64,000 nt of DNA from Eledone cirrhosa (GCA_964016885.1 OZ024742.1:79174001-79238000); one strand, 5' to 3'. Positions 40,861-55,095 are shown, counted from the stretch's first letter. The notes: generated from the letters alone by a model not told the origin. Translations and numbers: made by a program.

Positions 40861-41689
40861 TGTATGTATGTATGTATGTATGTATGTATGTATGTATGTA
40901 TGTATGTATGTATGCATGCATGTATGCATGCATGTATGCATGCATGTATGTATGCATATATTTATGTATGTTCTGGTTTTATAATTTCACAAATGTTTGC
41001 CAGTACAGAGAGAATCGGTTTCTAACATAGATACAAGACTCTCTCATTGAAATTTACACAACACCAACTAGGTAGATATGTGTGCATGTCTACATGCATG
41101 TGTGTGCAGGTATGGATGTTATTGTATGTGTGGGTGTGTATGTTTCAGTTGTATGTGTGCGTGTGCATATGCTTTGTATCTGTACAAGTGTATATGCAGT
41201 TATTAGATGCAGAATTTTTGAATGTTTTACATATTTTTACTTCCATTAATGGATTGTATTAGTAATTTCCTAACTAGTCGTGTTATGTATGTATGTATGT
41301 ATATATGTATGTATGTGTGTATGTATGCATACACACATAAATGTATCTCAGAACAATATTACAATCGACCCATAGAAACATATCAACACCAGAGATCTCG
41401 ATCCACCTTTACTATTCATATACCCGAATGTCCACACACACACACATGTATACATGATATGACGATTGTTTCATCTTGTCATGAAACCGTCTCAACATCA
41501 TCTCAATCTCTCCAGCAAGTTTCAATTCTCCTATGTGAATGGAGGTAAATCTTCAATCAAGCATCTGATTTACAAGGTCTTTGGTACAAGTAACTGATGT
41601 ATGCCAGTATTTTTATTAGGTTTATAGGATCAGGATATGGAATTTCATGTTGATGGATCTTCATTGGACGTTTTACATATATTGTCTTA

Positions 41690-42420
41690 TATATATGTCT
41701 TATATATATTGTCACAAGTATTCACATCTTGAGGTGCAGGGAGTTTTGTAACACAATCTGCCTTTGTCATTGTCTGTTCATGCGTTTTTATATAGTTTAC
41801 AAGTCCTTGCTAACACGTGCTTTCAAGTCACTTAGAAGTATTAGCTTGTCATCATTCGGTGTGGAAGTTATGGCAGTATGATGACGTTCATAGAGTCATA
41901 ACAGTTTCTACATTGGTTTGGAGAGTTAGAGAATTAACTGAAAAGATTGTCGCAAAGATTGTCACATCACGGATGTGGCTTTTTAGTCCAGCTAGGGACT
42001 TGCCTATAGCCAGCAATGTCATGCATCGCAACAAATGTCATATCAAACGATGTCTATGCTTAAAACTTTTTTAGTGAGGAAAGGTTTTGCAAAGACCCAA
42101 TCCCACTCTCTGAACATCGAATGCATTTACCCAAAAAGTAGAACTGGTCTACATCATTAGATGTAAACGAAGGTGCAGGTTTTTTTTATTATCAGAGTGA
42201 CCTTCTCATAGAGAGATGTCTTGATTGAAGACTAGGAGTCACTCGCTAAAAAAAAATCTTTATTGAATAGCCGTTGACTCTCCTTTTGAGGGGTCTTGTT
42301 TTTAAACCCGTAGGGTGTCCAAAAATCACCCTCCTCACCAAGCAAGCCTGTTGGGCTTGCCGGTTTAGTCGCCGAGGACCCAACCATGCATAGGTTGTAT
42401 TGGGTTATATATTACCAGTA
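41690..42420 (-). pseudogene. RTE-type LINE 5' fragment (5' UTR + decayed AP endonuclease)
   Basis: Reverse strand has DDKLILLSDLKARVSKD (cf. DKLILLGDFNARVG) and a GC-richer 5' UTR-like segment, ggcgactaaaccgg. Confidence 0.55.
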
Positions 42421-42444
42421 GCGGTGAAGAGTGACCAGACATAA

Positions 42445-42526
<82 letters not shown>

Positions 42527-42644
42527 ACACACACACACCTAACTGGACAGTATCTATTTTCTAATTTTCACATGCTATCTCTCTCACTCTTACTCCCTCT
42601 CTCTTTCTGCACACATACATACACACATACACACCCACACACAA

Positions 42645-42859
42645 TTGTGAGGTTGTGATTTCGATTCCCGGACCAGGCGATGCATTATGTTCTTGAGCAA
42701 GACACTTTATTTCACGTTGCTCCTTCTGCCTGGATTTGCGACTGACAGATAGTATTAGCAATTGTAAAGACCAATGGAAATATCGTTTCCTCAGTCTGAT
42801 TTCGCGAACGCCACCCCACTTGTTAAGCGAATGAAGTCTGGGATCTTGTCGACTGACTT

Positions 42860-42865
<6 letters not shown>
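42645..42865 (+). mobile_element. SINE family 2 (5'-truncated)
   Basis: ttcttgagcaagacactttatttcacgttgctcc. Confidence 0.75.
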
Positions 42866-42909
<44 letters not shown>

Positions 42910-43599
42910 AATTCAATTCCGTCGGAAATATATGATATGAAGCTTAAAAAAGACACCTGTGAGCAAGGTAGTGTCTAATCAACATATGATAAATAAATTT
43001 AAAAGGATATAGGAGATTGAAAAAAAGGAAAGGAAGGGGAAAAAAGTATTGAAAAGGAAGAAAGGAAAAAAAATAAAAAAGAAGGAAAGGATAACGGAGG
43101 AAGAGTATAAGAAGGAGGAAGGAGAGAGAAAGAGAGAGGAGAGAAAGAGAGAGAGATAAACATTTAAACTGAGAAACGCTGTCTCCATAGAGAAATAACT
43201 GAAAACGGTTGTAAATAAGATAAGGTGAATGAAATTAAAATTAAATGAAATATAAGCTTAGAAGACGATATAAGGTCCTAGTTTGTTTCAACAGATTGTA
43301 ATAGAAAAAGTAATTATTTAAGTTAATACAAGCAATATATATATATTACGTCAAAAATTTGTTTACAAAATTCACCTAATGCTAATATTAATAGATTTGA
43401 AGTAAAAAATTGGGAAATATAGCGACTTAAAAAGTAATGTTGAGAAATCTTGGGGATACAAATCTTGGGGATACAAATTTTCTTTTAAGTAGTTCATCTT
43501 TATATCATTTTTTCTCAACATTATTTTTTTATTTATCATATGTTGATTAGACACTACCTTGCTCACAAGTGTTTCTTTAAGCTTCATATCATGTCTCCC

Positions 43600-43670
43600 T
43601 ATTTTATCTGATGAGAACGCAAATATCGTCCCAGGATGATATTTGTTTTTGAAATGCGCATAATAAAATA
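43600..43670 (+). ncRNA. Type I hammerhead ribozyme (family B-related)
   Basis: tattttat-CTGATGA-gaacg caaatatcgtcc ca ggatgatatttg ttttt-GAAA tgcgca TA-ataaaata. Stem III is the palindrome ATGCGCAT. It sits in a (TA)n-flanked block (42905-43790) with an inverted repeat at about 42933-42995 / 43530-43592. Confidence 0.85.
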
Positions 43671-43786
43671 CATGGAACTTTTTTAACCATCTTATAATTT
43701 CTTATATATACTCCAGTCCAATAAACTGTTGAGTGCTACTAATCCGATATTTGCATTGCTTTATTGTGCTACAATAAAACTCACCT

Positions 43787-43845
<59 letters not shown>

Positions 43846-44009
43846 GTAATAATAATAAATTTGAAGACTAAAATCCAAAGAGGGCCCGATAAGGATAAAT
43901 ATATATCAAATATATAAGAACCGTAGAGCAAATATTTGTTAGTTTCAGAAGATCCCGTTAAGGGTGAAAGCAGCGATTCTTTGCTTAAACTTTAATCTGT
44001 TATTTTAAT

Positions 44010-44043
<34 letters not shown>

Positions 44044-44044
44044 G

Positions 44045-44253
44045 TGAAGTCGTGTGGCTGAGTGGTTAGAGAATTGGATTCGCAAGGTTGTGAGTTCGAT
44101 TCCTGAACCCGGCGATGCGTTATGTCCTTGAGCAAGACACTTTATTTCACGTTGCTCCTTCTACCTGGAGTTGCGACCGATAGATAGTATTAGCAATTGG
44201 AAAGACCAACGGAAACATTGTTCCCTCGGTCCGATTTGACGAAAGTCGATCGT
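44045..44253 (+). mobile_element. SINE family 2, full-length
   Basis: A box gtggctgagtggtta, B box gttcgattcc, and a CORE-like segment. Confidence 0.85.
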
Positions 44254-44259
44254 TAAAAA

Positions 44260-44330
<71 letters not shown>

Positions 44331-44357
44331 ATATATATATAATATATATATATAAAT

Positions 44358-45023
44358 AAAAAATAGACCAAGAAAACAGGACTGTCCATCATCAGTGATC
44401 TTCTGACTATCGTCGGTATTTCTTCGCATTAAAGATCAGATACCTCAGAGTCAGTGCGAGCAATAACTAAACTAAGTTATTGGGACAAAAAGAATTGGGT
44501 GGAGAAAGAGAGACATGTAAACAAACAAATTGGTGATGCAACGTAAAGAGAGCAAATGAGAAACAAGTCAATGATACATGTGAACTTAAGTTTTAGCAAA
44601 TTAATGACGAGAAGAAGAAGTAGGACGCGTCCGAACCCTGCGAAATGTGAGCGAGAAAAGGATTTCACACAGGTCAGACGGGAGGAAGTGAGTGAGGGAA
44701 GTAACAGAGAGTGAGTGAGTGAAGGTGTGAGGAGAGGCCAGCCGAGAGAGTGTGACCAGCAGAGGGAGTGAATGAAAGTAAAAGGTACAAGGAGAGAGAA
44801 GGGGGAGAGAGAAAGAGGATAGCAGTAAGGTGATAGAAGAAGACAAGTCACAGCGAGGAGAAAAAATATAGGAATGAAAAATGGCGTACTGCGTTGTTGC
44901 GAATGTGATACATATGAAGAAAAAATAGAGCAAGAAAACAGGACTGTCCGTCATCAGTGATCTTCTGACTATCATCGGCATTTCTTCGCATTAAAGATCA
45001 GATACCTCAAGTCAGCGTGAGCA

Positions 45024-45026
<3 letters not shown>
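44358..45026. mobile_element. (TA)n-flanked element with ~105-bp terminal direct repeats
   Basis: aaaaatagaccaagaaaacaggactgtcc...gagcaat occurs at about 44358-44465 and 44920-45026, around a purine-rich non-coding interior. Confidence 0.65.
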
Positions 45027-45075
<49 letters not shown>

Positions 45076-45150
45076 CGGGTTGAATCGGCGGTAACCACAG
45101 TAAGTAACATACTCAATACATTGTAGAGTATAAAAGTTTTAATATAGATG

Positions 45151-45201
45151 AGATTGTACAGGACTAGAACTGTTTCATTCTTTAGAAATCATCAGGAATC
45201 T
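45151..45201 (-). ncRNA. Type I hammerhead ribozyme (family A)
   Basis: Reverse strand reads agattc-CTGATGA-t ttc taaa gaa t-GAAAC agttctagtcct GTA-caatct, with one stem I mismatch. The element spans about 45075-45380. Confidence 0.75.
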
Positions 45202-45374
45202 GGGTATCAAAAAATAAATATGGTATTTATAGGTCTCTTCAGGTGGTAAGAGAGGGTAGGGAGTGGGATGGGTGTAGGTCATTGTTTGATAGAAAAGAGA
45301 ATTCATTAAAAGCTAATTCTTTAAAGCTATAATTTATATTTAGAGTAACAAAGGCAGAAAGAATTCTATAAACA

Positions 45375-45469
<95 letters not shown>

Positions 45470-45815
45470 TATATAATATATATATATAATATATATATAT
45501 ATATATAATATATATATATAATATATATATATAATATATATATATAATATATATATATATAATATATATATAATATATATATATAATATATATATAATAT
45601 ATATATATTATATATATAATATATAATATATATAATATATATATATTTATATGTATAGAAATTTCGTATTTCTAAAGAAATACTGTTTTAGGAGGCCTTA
45701 GCTATGGCGTAGCTAACGCCCTCTGGTGATGTCCAGCAGAAGCAAGGGGGACAACCGCCTCTTGTATCTATACATATTGTATAATGCTATGCTTGAAGCG
45801 AAATTTTATTTCTTT

Positions 45816-45894
<79 letters not shown>

Positions 45895-46276
45895 TACATA
45901 CATATATATTACACCCACAAACCCCATATTATACACCCTAATTATTCAGTTTTACAATTTAAACAATAAAAATATTTCAAATACCAAAAGAAATAAAAAC
46001 AAACCTAAATAAAAACAAACCTAAATAAAATAAAATAAAATAAAATAAAATAAAATAAAATAAAATAAAATAAAATGAAAAAATAAACGAGACCAAACGA
46101 ATAAATAAATAAATAAATAAATAACATTCTTCATTCATAAAATTCCGGCGAGTGTTAAGTGATCCATTGTGTATGACGTAACATGTAGTATGTACTTTAA
46201 TCATGCTCAGACACACAGACGTACGTAATCACAGACACAGAGAGGCGTACATATACGCACGCTCACACAGTGGCGT

Positions 46277-46315
<39 letters not shown>

Positions 46316-46964
46316 TACAGTAGGTATGACATAACATGTAGAATGTACTTTACCCATACTCAGACATGCAGACGCACAGACACACAGGAATACAGACGTA
46401 CGTATTCATAAACACAGCTGTTTACACAAACACACAGGGGCGTTCATACACACACACACAGAGGCGTACACACACACAAAGGCATACACACGAACACAGA
46501 GGTGTACGCACACACACAGAGGCGTGCACACCCACACACAGAGGTGTACTCACATACACACACTAAGGCGTTCGCATATACACACACAATGGCGTACACA
46601 CACACATATACATATATATGCATGCATGCTTGTGTGCATATAAACTCACATATGTTGACGCTTACACAAAGGCATACAAACAATCAGATGCAAAGACGCG
46701 TGCACACACACACATGCACAGGTATTTGTACACACATAGGCATTTAAACACACTTTCAAGCCATACAATACACTAGTGCACGCACATATACACAAAGACA
46801 AGCTTGTTCCTGCAAATACATACGCACACACGAACTAATCAGGTACAACTACACACACAAACAAGTAGACGTTTGAAAACAAGATCACACATACAGACCC
46901 ACATGTAAGCTCACACTTGTACACAAGATATGCATACAAACAAACACAACCATTCACACCAATA

Positions 46965-47162
46965 TACGAGAGTTGCCTGAAAATATAATAGGCTAACTAA
47001 GATACTCTCATGGAATGACCAAATGAGGTTTTTTTTTCAACATAGTTCCTGAAGACAATGCAGTTATTCATAAGAATATTTGAAATTTATGCATGAGCAA
47101 TTTCACAGCTCTAGCATCACGCCTTCATATTCAGGCTATGAACTTTTCAGCCGATCCCCGTA
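46965..47162. mobile_element. Tc1/mariner-type MITE
   Basis: TA-flanked TIRs. The interior is the reverse complement of 85-286. Confidence 0.65.
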
Positions 47163-47247
47163 CACAAATGTAGGGTCCACTGAGCCGCAGGGTGTATAGA
47201 ATCTATGGGAACTATCTGTCTTCTCACGGAATAAAAGATTTAATAGA

Positions 47248-47798
47248 AAATAATTGTTTCTTTTGGCACAAGGCCGATGGATGAAAATAAGGATGAAAGT
47301 CAAAATTAACCTCGGCGGGATCTGAACTTAGACCGTAAAGGGCCGTGATTCCATGCTGCAAAGCATGGTTTTTTAATATATACCAATATTGCCAATCCAT
47401 AATGATTTCTCGGCCAGCAATTTGGGGAGAGGGGAAAATCAATTAAATTGACCCATTGGATTACTGGTGCTTTATTTTATCGATCCCGTAAGGATGAAAG
47501 GCAAAGTTAACCTCAGAAGGATTTGAACTCAGAACGTAAAGAGCCATACCTCTGTGCTGCAAAGCATGGCGTCCGACCCTTCACTGATACTGCCAATCCA
47601 CCAGAAAATAATTGTTTCTACTTTTGGTACAAGGCCAGCAATTATCCAGTACATTACTGGTACTTTACTTTATCGACTCTGTAAGGATGAAAGGCAAAGT
47701 TAACCTCGACGGGATTTGAACTCAGACCGTAAAGGGGCGTAACTATGCTAGAAAGCATGGCGTCCAACCCTCTACCGATACCGCCAATTCACCGCCCT
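47248..47798 (-). mobile_element. Three head-to-tail SINE family 1 copies
   Basis: The B box and core are repeated three times. Confidence 0.85.
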
Positions 47799-47879
47799 TG
47801 ATCCACCAGAAAATAATAGAATTAAGATATTTCGGCATTTTAACACTTCTTGTGGAAGACCAGCATTCGTCTCCCCTCT

Positions 47880-48665
47880 CCCCGCCAATGATGTTGTCCA
47901 AGGTAAGGCAAAGACCGATACAGCTTGGCACCAGTGACTGGAAAATTGCTGATGGACGCAACCCCATGGCTGCATTGAATCGTACGACAACTATGCGTAG
48001 CCGTTTCAGGGCCACCCACCTCCTTCGAGAATTGTTCAATCTGGGGAGAGAGCTGTATTGGGGTTAACATTCAGTTTGGCAGATAGAGGTGTCTATTGCC
48101 AGCTGGCTCTCCACGTCTGAAGCATGATGAAATCGGAAGTCTCCCAGTTTTGCTGCGTGACGAAAGATATACGTGAAGTGATATCAAGCGATGTTGGTCC
48201 AGTAGCTGAGAATCCTCAGCCATGTCATCGAACAGAAGACTTGAGTCTATTGAGACATTGGTTACCAACCTATGTGTATGATGCTCTCAATGACAGGGGT
48301 GCAGGAGCAATGCCTGAGAGCATGGTAAGATACTTTAGTTGGTGTAGGACATTTAATGATGAGCCTTAAGGTGTCGTTCAGAGCTACATCAAGCTTCTTA
48401 GTGTGGAACTTCATGCACCATACAAGTGACGTATACCCCACTGCACTGTAAAGCAAGGCTAGGACAAAGATATGAAGTTGGGTGTGTAAGCACACTATGA
48501 TGAGCCTGCCAAGCGGCGTAGAACGTTGTTCCTCGCGAACTCTTTTGCAGGTAAGGATTTGAGCTGCTGTCCGTAAGTCAGCTGTCGATCCAATTTCACT
48601 CCGAGAAAGGTCGGGGTGCCGTTATATTGGAAAAAAGTGCCATCGAGGTTAATGGTGAACTGGCG
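47880..48665 (-). pseudogene. Vingi/Ingi-type LINE RT C-terminal region, decayed
   Basis: TPTFLGVKLDRQLTY..ARNNVLRRLAGSS, LALLYSAVGYTSLVW..KLDVALNDTLRLI and RRRWVALKRLR..RFNAAM. Confidence 0.75.
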
Positions 48666-50177
48666 ATTGACCACGATCAGCAGAATTCTAAAATATTTAT
48701 TTAGATGCCGATTGATTAAAATGTTGTGCAAGTCAACAGAAGCTACATGGAAGCAAACAACGAATCTTTAGCTATAAACATATTTGTTAAATGTGTAAAC
48801 ATGTATGTTAAATTTGAAAAAGTTCCCTGCGTAGCTAAGATCATACAAAATAAATAAAAAACGGCAAACAAAGACAACGGAAAAACGGACGAAACGCACT
48901 AGAGTTCCTTTTTTTCAGTCGATCGCTCAAGGACCTCCTGGTTTCGGATCTTTAAGGTCCGTACCACTAACTCCAGTGCACATAAGGCAATAACAAATTA
49001 ACACAAGACAGGATGATTGGTTTTTCGACAATTTACAAATAAATAAAATTTGCTACAAACCAATGTGATGCAACTGGGAAGAATAGACTGAAACAAAGTC
49101 TAACATATTAACTAAGAAGAGAAAATATGCACAGAAGGCGAAGTGAAAGAAAACAATTGCTTGTTCGGACGTAAGTCCTGTATAGACACAACACGGAAAG
49201 AGCAGAGAGGAAGAGAAAAAGAGTAAGTGAGAAAAAGAATCGACAGACAGAGAAAGTTAAGTGAAAAAAAAGAAAGAGAGAAGAGGACAGATACCGCAGT
49301 GGTGTAAAGTTTAAATACATATCAATTTGAAAAAGTGCCTTATGTGGCTTTGTATGTGGTAAAGCGAGGGAGATATAGTAAAAAACCATCACTGTTGATA
49401 TTTGACTGGTAATTTATTTATCGACCTCGAAAGGATGAAAGGTAAATTTGACATCAATGGATTTGGATTTAGAGTGAAAACTGTAATTCATCCAACTGTT
49501 AATTTATTGCCTAGCTCAGAACGTTGGATGCAATGGATTATTCCAGCTCTCTCTTAGTTAAAAATACTATCACACTGGTTTGTGGTAGCGATGATGATGA
49601 CGATGATCTTCTTCTTCTTCTTCTTCTTCTTCTTCTTCTTCTTCTTCTTCTTCTTCTTCTTCTTCTTCTTCTTCTTCTTCTTCTTTCCCCCTAATCATCA
49701 TCATCGGTCATTATCGAGATTATCATAATCATTATCACCATCATCTCTGCTATTATATTTCTCTCACATTCATTTTATTTCTCTCCATCTCTCACTCTCT
49801 CTTTCCTCCATCTCTCTTTCTTTCCCCTCTCTCTTTCTAGAAACCGACCACGTAACAAAGTCAAGACAGTTGCGATCATATCACAGCCTTTATCAAGCCA
49901 CTCTACATCGCGACATCCTCCGAGTACACGGCAAGGTAGAGAGAGTTTTGTATTGCTGGTAATGGTGGATAGAATGTGAAACGGAATAATGTTCATATAT
50001 TTCTAAATATATAAATAAAGCAAAAATTAAAAAAAGTACGCAAAACTGGAGCTAATTAGTTTACTAATCATTAGTAACACAACGGGAGATAAGCATAACC
50101 GAGTTCCTTATCGTGAATCGAACGTGAGACAAATCTCAAATGTTAGTTGTAGTAGCAGTAGTAGTAGTAGTAGCAGA

Positions 50178-50232
<55 letters not shown>

Positions 50233-50675
50233 TTGGTAGTAATCGCACAAGTATCTCTCATCTGTAAAGTATGTAGTTAAAAAAACTATTAACTTCATAA
50301 TTGTTAGATAAAATCTTTCTCTAGAGATGACGAGAATCTGAAAATTGCTAGCAAGGGAGGTAAGATATTATTGTAAGATATTTTTGTAGTAGTAGTAGTA
50401 GTAGTTGTTGTTGTTGGTTTAACCCAGAGTTACTTTTAATTGAGCCGACGTATGTTCAAAAGCATTTAAATCATGGTTATCACGCCGTTTTCTAATGTAA
50501 AGGTACGTTAGGACTACGTTAAACAATGTGTATCTTTTAAAGGTGTGGTTCAGAAAAGAAAGAGAAATAGAGAGACACTACAATAGATTCCCTCGTTCAG
50601 AGATGACATGAAGCCAATCAACAACAACAGTACAGTGGCAACACCAACAACTAAATCAGTTGTCGTCGTCGTCGG

Positions 50676-50706
<31 letters not shown>

Positions 50707-51059
50707 GCTGCTCCTCTTCTTCTTCTTCTTCTTCTTCTTCTTCTTGCAATCCCACGGATCTATAATCACCCTTACTGACGTTTTCATCTTTCTATTATTT
50801 AGTGTTATGTCAAACCTCATTGAATAAAATGTTAAGTCCATATTGCTAGACTGGAGCTTGTGTAGTCTTTAAAGCCAGCTGGTGGGGGTCTACAGGACGA
50901 TTCAGTCTCATTAGAACCAGGGGAAGTATATCCTATTCAGTTGATATCCATAATCAATATACGGGAAAAAGGATATAATAGATTGAATAAAGAATTAGTG
51001 GCAGCATTCATGATGTTTTGTCTGATAAAATGACAAGTCAGTCAATCATATTGGTGGCC

Positions 51060-52365
51060 TCCCCACAGCCCCGGCGGACAGAATGGAGAAGGTGTTTCCC
51101 CAGAGTACGACAAGGGAGACGCACTGGAAAAGCCATTCCAGCTAGCGAGGCTCACACCTGCGGCTGGCCAGCTCAGCGCATACGGTGGTGAGTAGGGAGG
51201 TAGCCCTAGGGCCGAGGACACCAGAAGTCTCCACTGCCAAGGGTACAACCGCAAACCTGTCGGAGAGCGACCGGTATTTGAAGAGTTTGGCCTTCTCAGC
51301 CCGACGTGCAGCAGAACCTGGGTTAGTCGCAGACTGCAACAGGTTGCGGCTGGAGAAAGTGTCGGTGCAAGTGGCATCCCAGACGAGGGGTTTGCCACCG
51401 TGGAACGGGAAGATGGACATGCCATCTGGCCCTTTGCCGTCCCCTCGGTCCAGCTCCACCGACTCGAGCTGGGAAGGGAAGCCTGCAGCCTCCAAGCCAT
51501 GCTTTATGACCTCGTTGAGGGCCGCATGGCGTGGAAGGCGGCCGGCACTGTGGTGACAGGAAATCCGGTGGAGGCCGAAAAAAATCGACGGAGGATCCAC
51601 AGCGACATTGGTGTGGCTCGCAGATCCGGAAGCCAAGCATCAAGGAAACGCCGATGTGCAGGCTAATGTTATGCAGCTGCGTGCACGTGGAGAAGGAGGG
51701 CAAGGCATAGAGCCAGGCACCACTGTGGGGTTTGGGTGGCCGCACGAAAACAGGCAAGGCGGTGCTGGTCGAGCTGGCGCGTGAGCCTGTCTGAAGCCAG
51801 GCTGCACTGGATGGCATCCCAAATGCTTTGTGGAGGACTTGACGTCAGCAGGGGGAGAAGGAGGAGGGACGTTTACTGGGCTAAGTCCCAGCCGGTCCCA
51901 CGTCTCACAGGCGGCCTCACGTTCCCTGATCACAGAGGGTTCCATTGTGTTTTAGAGAATCTTGCTGACGAGGACGCGGCATGAGGTTACCGACGAAAGA
52001 AATGCCGGCAAAGCCAGTGAGATCGGGGACCGGTGGCCAAGGCTACCATACCTGACAGGTAAAGTGTCCTATTGCCATCCAATGTCGTCAAACTTGACGT
52101 TGCTTATCTCCTCGGCTGCTCGGATACAAGTATCGAGGTCAGCGAGGAGAGATGCGTGGGTCTAGCATGGAGCGCTGTGAAGGGTATAGAGGAGCTTCGG
52201 CATGGCGAAGCAGTTCCTCAGCAGAAAGAGAGCTGGGTGGCCGTCGATAAAGCCCAGTCGGCTCGTGAGGGTCTGGAGTTGTTGGAGCCTGGACCCGATG
52301 GTGGAGCGGATAGCCGGCGGGTGGATCGGTGACCCCAGGATGAGGACATCCTCTTAGGGGGTCAC
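51060..52365 (-). pseudogene. CRE-type non-LTR retrotransposon 3' part (RT C-terminus, Zn knuckle, RLE endonuclease)
   Basis: ILGSPI..ALFLLRNCFAMPKLLYTL..LPVRYGSLG..LALPAFLSS; SGAWLYALP..ICEPHQCRCG..H..SC..GRLPRHAALN..DGKGPDG..KPLVWDATCTDT..AEKAKLFKY..PLAVETSG. Contains stops and frameshifts. Confidence 0.9.
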
Positions 52366-52426
52366 CTGTACCTAGTGGAGAATGGACCAGACAGAGGAAA
52401 TCTAGTGACAGTAACTATCAGTGTTA

Positions 52427-52740
52427 ATAATTGTTTCTACTTTTGGCACAAGGCCAGCAATTACCCAGTACATTACTGGTACTTTATTTTATCGACCCCG
52501 TAAGGATGAAAGGCAAAGTTAACCTCGGCGGGATTTGAACCCAGATCGTAAAGGGACGTAACTACGCTGGAATGGGTGAGTACATTAGAGGAGTGTTCTG
52601 CAATCTAAATAAAGGGACAACAGAATTTACAACATATGTAATATAATTGTTTCTACTTTTGGTACAAGGCCAGCAATTATCCCAGTGTATTACTGGTACT
52701 TTATTTTATCGACCCCGTAAGGATGAAAGGCAAAGTTACA
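52427..52740 (-). mobile_element. Two SINE family 1 copies
   Basis: Core motifs near 52490 and 52710. Confidence 0.85.
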
Positions 52741-53101
52741 ACATATGTAATATAATGAATTGAAAAGCCTCATTTAACTGAGTTTAATTTGCAGACAACA
52801 AAATTACCTTTAGGTCTTTCGCTATCATATTTCTAATGAAATACACTGCATGTTTCTCGTATGTGTGTGTATATATGCATATATATATATTTATATATGT
52901 GTGTGTATGTGTGTGTGTGTGTGCGTGCGCGCATATTTTGTTATACGAAACTATACATTATTTCGTGCCTTATTTAATATTTGTAATTTCCATCGCAAAT
53001 TTACCATGAAGTAGCCCTAATCTATAAAGGAGCAACATGACTGCAAACCGTCTTCGTTCTTGCTGAACTATACGCATGTTACGTAGAAACTGTTAACTTT
53101 C

Positions 53102-54063
53102 TCATGCCAACTTTGACTCGAAGCGCAGGCAGTCTGTCAAGGTTCTATTCTCTTATTCTCTTGCATTCTCTTGACATTCATCTTTAGCCTGTCTCTCTCT
53201 TTCCTGTTTATATTTTTCGATAACATCACAATTCACAGACATAATTTATTTACAAACTCTGCTTATCTCCATTCCTTATAATTATATTTATGTAACACAA
53301 ACATCTTGTGGTTTCTTATAGTGCTGATTTTATTCATAACTATTTTTCTGTTAACAAAAATCATCCGGGGATTTGAACGGCGTTTCAAATCTAAGATTGA
53401 CGAATAATAACTCTATTTTTACTCAATAGATACCATTATTTTTCTCTGTATTCAATTCTAACTTTCAAATCAATACGCTTTATATTTCCTTTCATCTCAC
53501 ATTCATGCTTGTTATATCATAATGGTTTCTGATTTAGGCACAAGGCCAACATTTTAAGGGAGAGAAAAGGTCGATTAAATCGATCCAAGTGCGTCACTGG
53601 TACTTTATTTTATCAAACTCATAAAAATGCTAGGCAAAGCTAATCTTAGCAAGATTTCAACTCAATTAAATCGACCCAATGCATTACTGGTTCTTCATTT
53701 ATCGATGTCTTAAGGATGAAAGGCAAAGCTAACCTCGGCAGGCCGTAACTATTTGCCGCACACCATATTATTCGATGCTCTGATGATACTGGCAATCAGC
53801 AGCCCTAACAACAACAAGAATAATAAAATTATTAAGAGGGTGTTAAAGTTTGCTTGAAGTATTATGAAATATGTAAAATATGTAGTTTAGAAAGCCACAA
53901 CAATGCAGATGGGAAATCTCGAGGTAGGAAGTGAGTGAGAAATAGGAGAAAAGTGAAAATTGAGAGAAACGAAAAAACGAAAACAAAACAAAGGTAGAAG
54001 GGTTACCGTAGTGGAGATTTAACCTTGACAGACTGCCTGCGCTTCGAGTCAAAGTTGGCATGA
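53102..54063. repeat. 43-bp perfect inverted repeat pair enclosing SINE fragments
   Basis: tcatgccaactttgactcgaagcgcaggcagtctgtcaaggtt (53102-53144) and its reverse complement (54021-54063). Confidence 0.85.
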
Positions 54064-54489
54064 AATCAAACCCTTGGCGATACTTGGTTTTAGTGTCCTA
54101 AATTATCATCATCGACATTCAATATTTATTAGTTTCTGATTTAGGCACAAGGTCAACAATTTGCTGGGAAGGGTAAAGTCGAATTAAACGACCCCAGTGC
54201 ATTACTGGTACTTTATTTTATCGATCACGTAAGGATAAAAGGCAGGGATTTGAACTCAGAACATAATGGGCCATAACTATAGGCCATAAAGCATGAAGCG
54301 AGGGTGTGTTTGAATACATATAAAAATAAGAAAACTCATCGCTAGAACAGCCCTTAAAGCAGCTAAATTCTGTCAAAGGCATTGATGGGGACTGAAATCG
54401 CAGTAGTCAACGGAGAGACAATCCACAAGGTGGGTGACAGGCATTGTCTTTATTCTGGGCACACCCTATTTTGAATATATATATTTATA

Positions 54490-54914
54490 TAATTAAAGGT
54501 TAAACAAGGTTCAATGAATAAATCAATGAATAAAATTTCGCAACGATTAGAAGCACTCCACATTTTGGTTTTCCGGAGTTATTAATATTAATTCAAAATA
54601 TTAACAAATATAGACATTCATGTGATCAAGCATATTTTATTATACATATTTCAGAGGTACTGAGCTATTTTCAACAGTACGTCCTCATCAGATAAAATAA
54701 GTTGATGCTTGACATACCTTGACTATGTTGATGGTTAAAATTCAGTCATGACTGCCATGACTCAATTTTAAGCATCAACATAGTCAAGGTATGTCAAGCA
54801 TCAACTTATTTTATCTGATGAGGACGTACTGTTGAAAATAGCCCAGTACCTCTGAAATATGTATAATAAAATATGCTTGATCACATGAATGTCTATATTT
54901 GTTAATATTTTGAA

Positions 54915-54920
<6 letters not shown>
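54490..54920. mobile_element. Family B hammerhead element with fold-back (hammerheads at 54633-54699(-) and 54807-54873(+))
   Basis: About 54582-54735 is inverted at 54770-54920. Homologous to 27120-27385 and flanked by (TA)n. Confidence 0.85.
54807..54873 (+). ncRNA. Type I hammerhead ribozyme (family B)
   Basis: tattttat-CTGATGA-ggac gtactg..cagtac ctct-GAAA tatgta TA-ataaaata. Confidence 0.82.
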
Positions 54921-54968
<48 letters not shown>

Positions 54969-55095
54969 AAAGTTCTATTTAAATTGTTGGGATACAACAA
55001 GCAAATATTTTTATAACTGATATAAAGCACTCAACAAGTATTTGGAGTAAACATACGATATTAACAAATGGAAACTATATTTATAAAACCATATT

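Noticed and set aside
44400-44442. Twister ribozyme in the direct repeat (stem followed by UAA on the minus strand)
   Set aside because: The required pseudoknot pairings and conserved loop residues are not evident.
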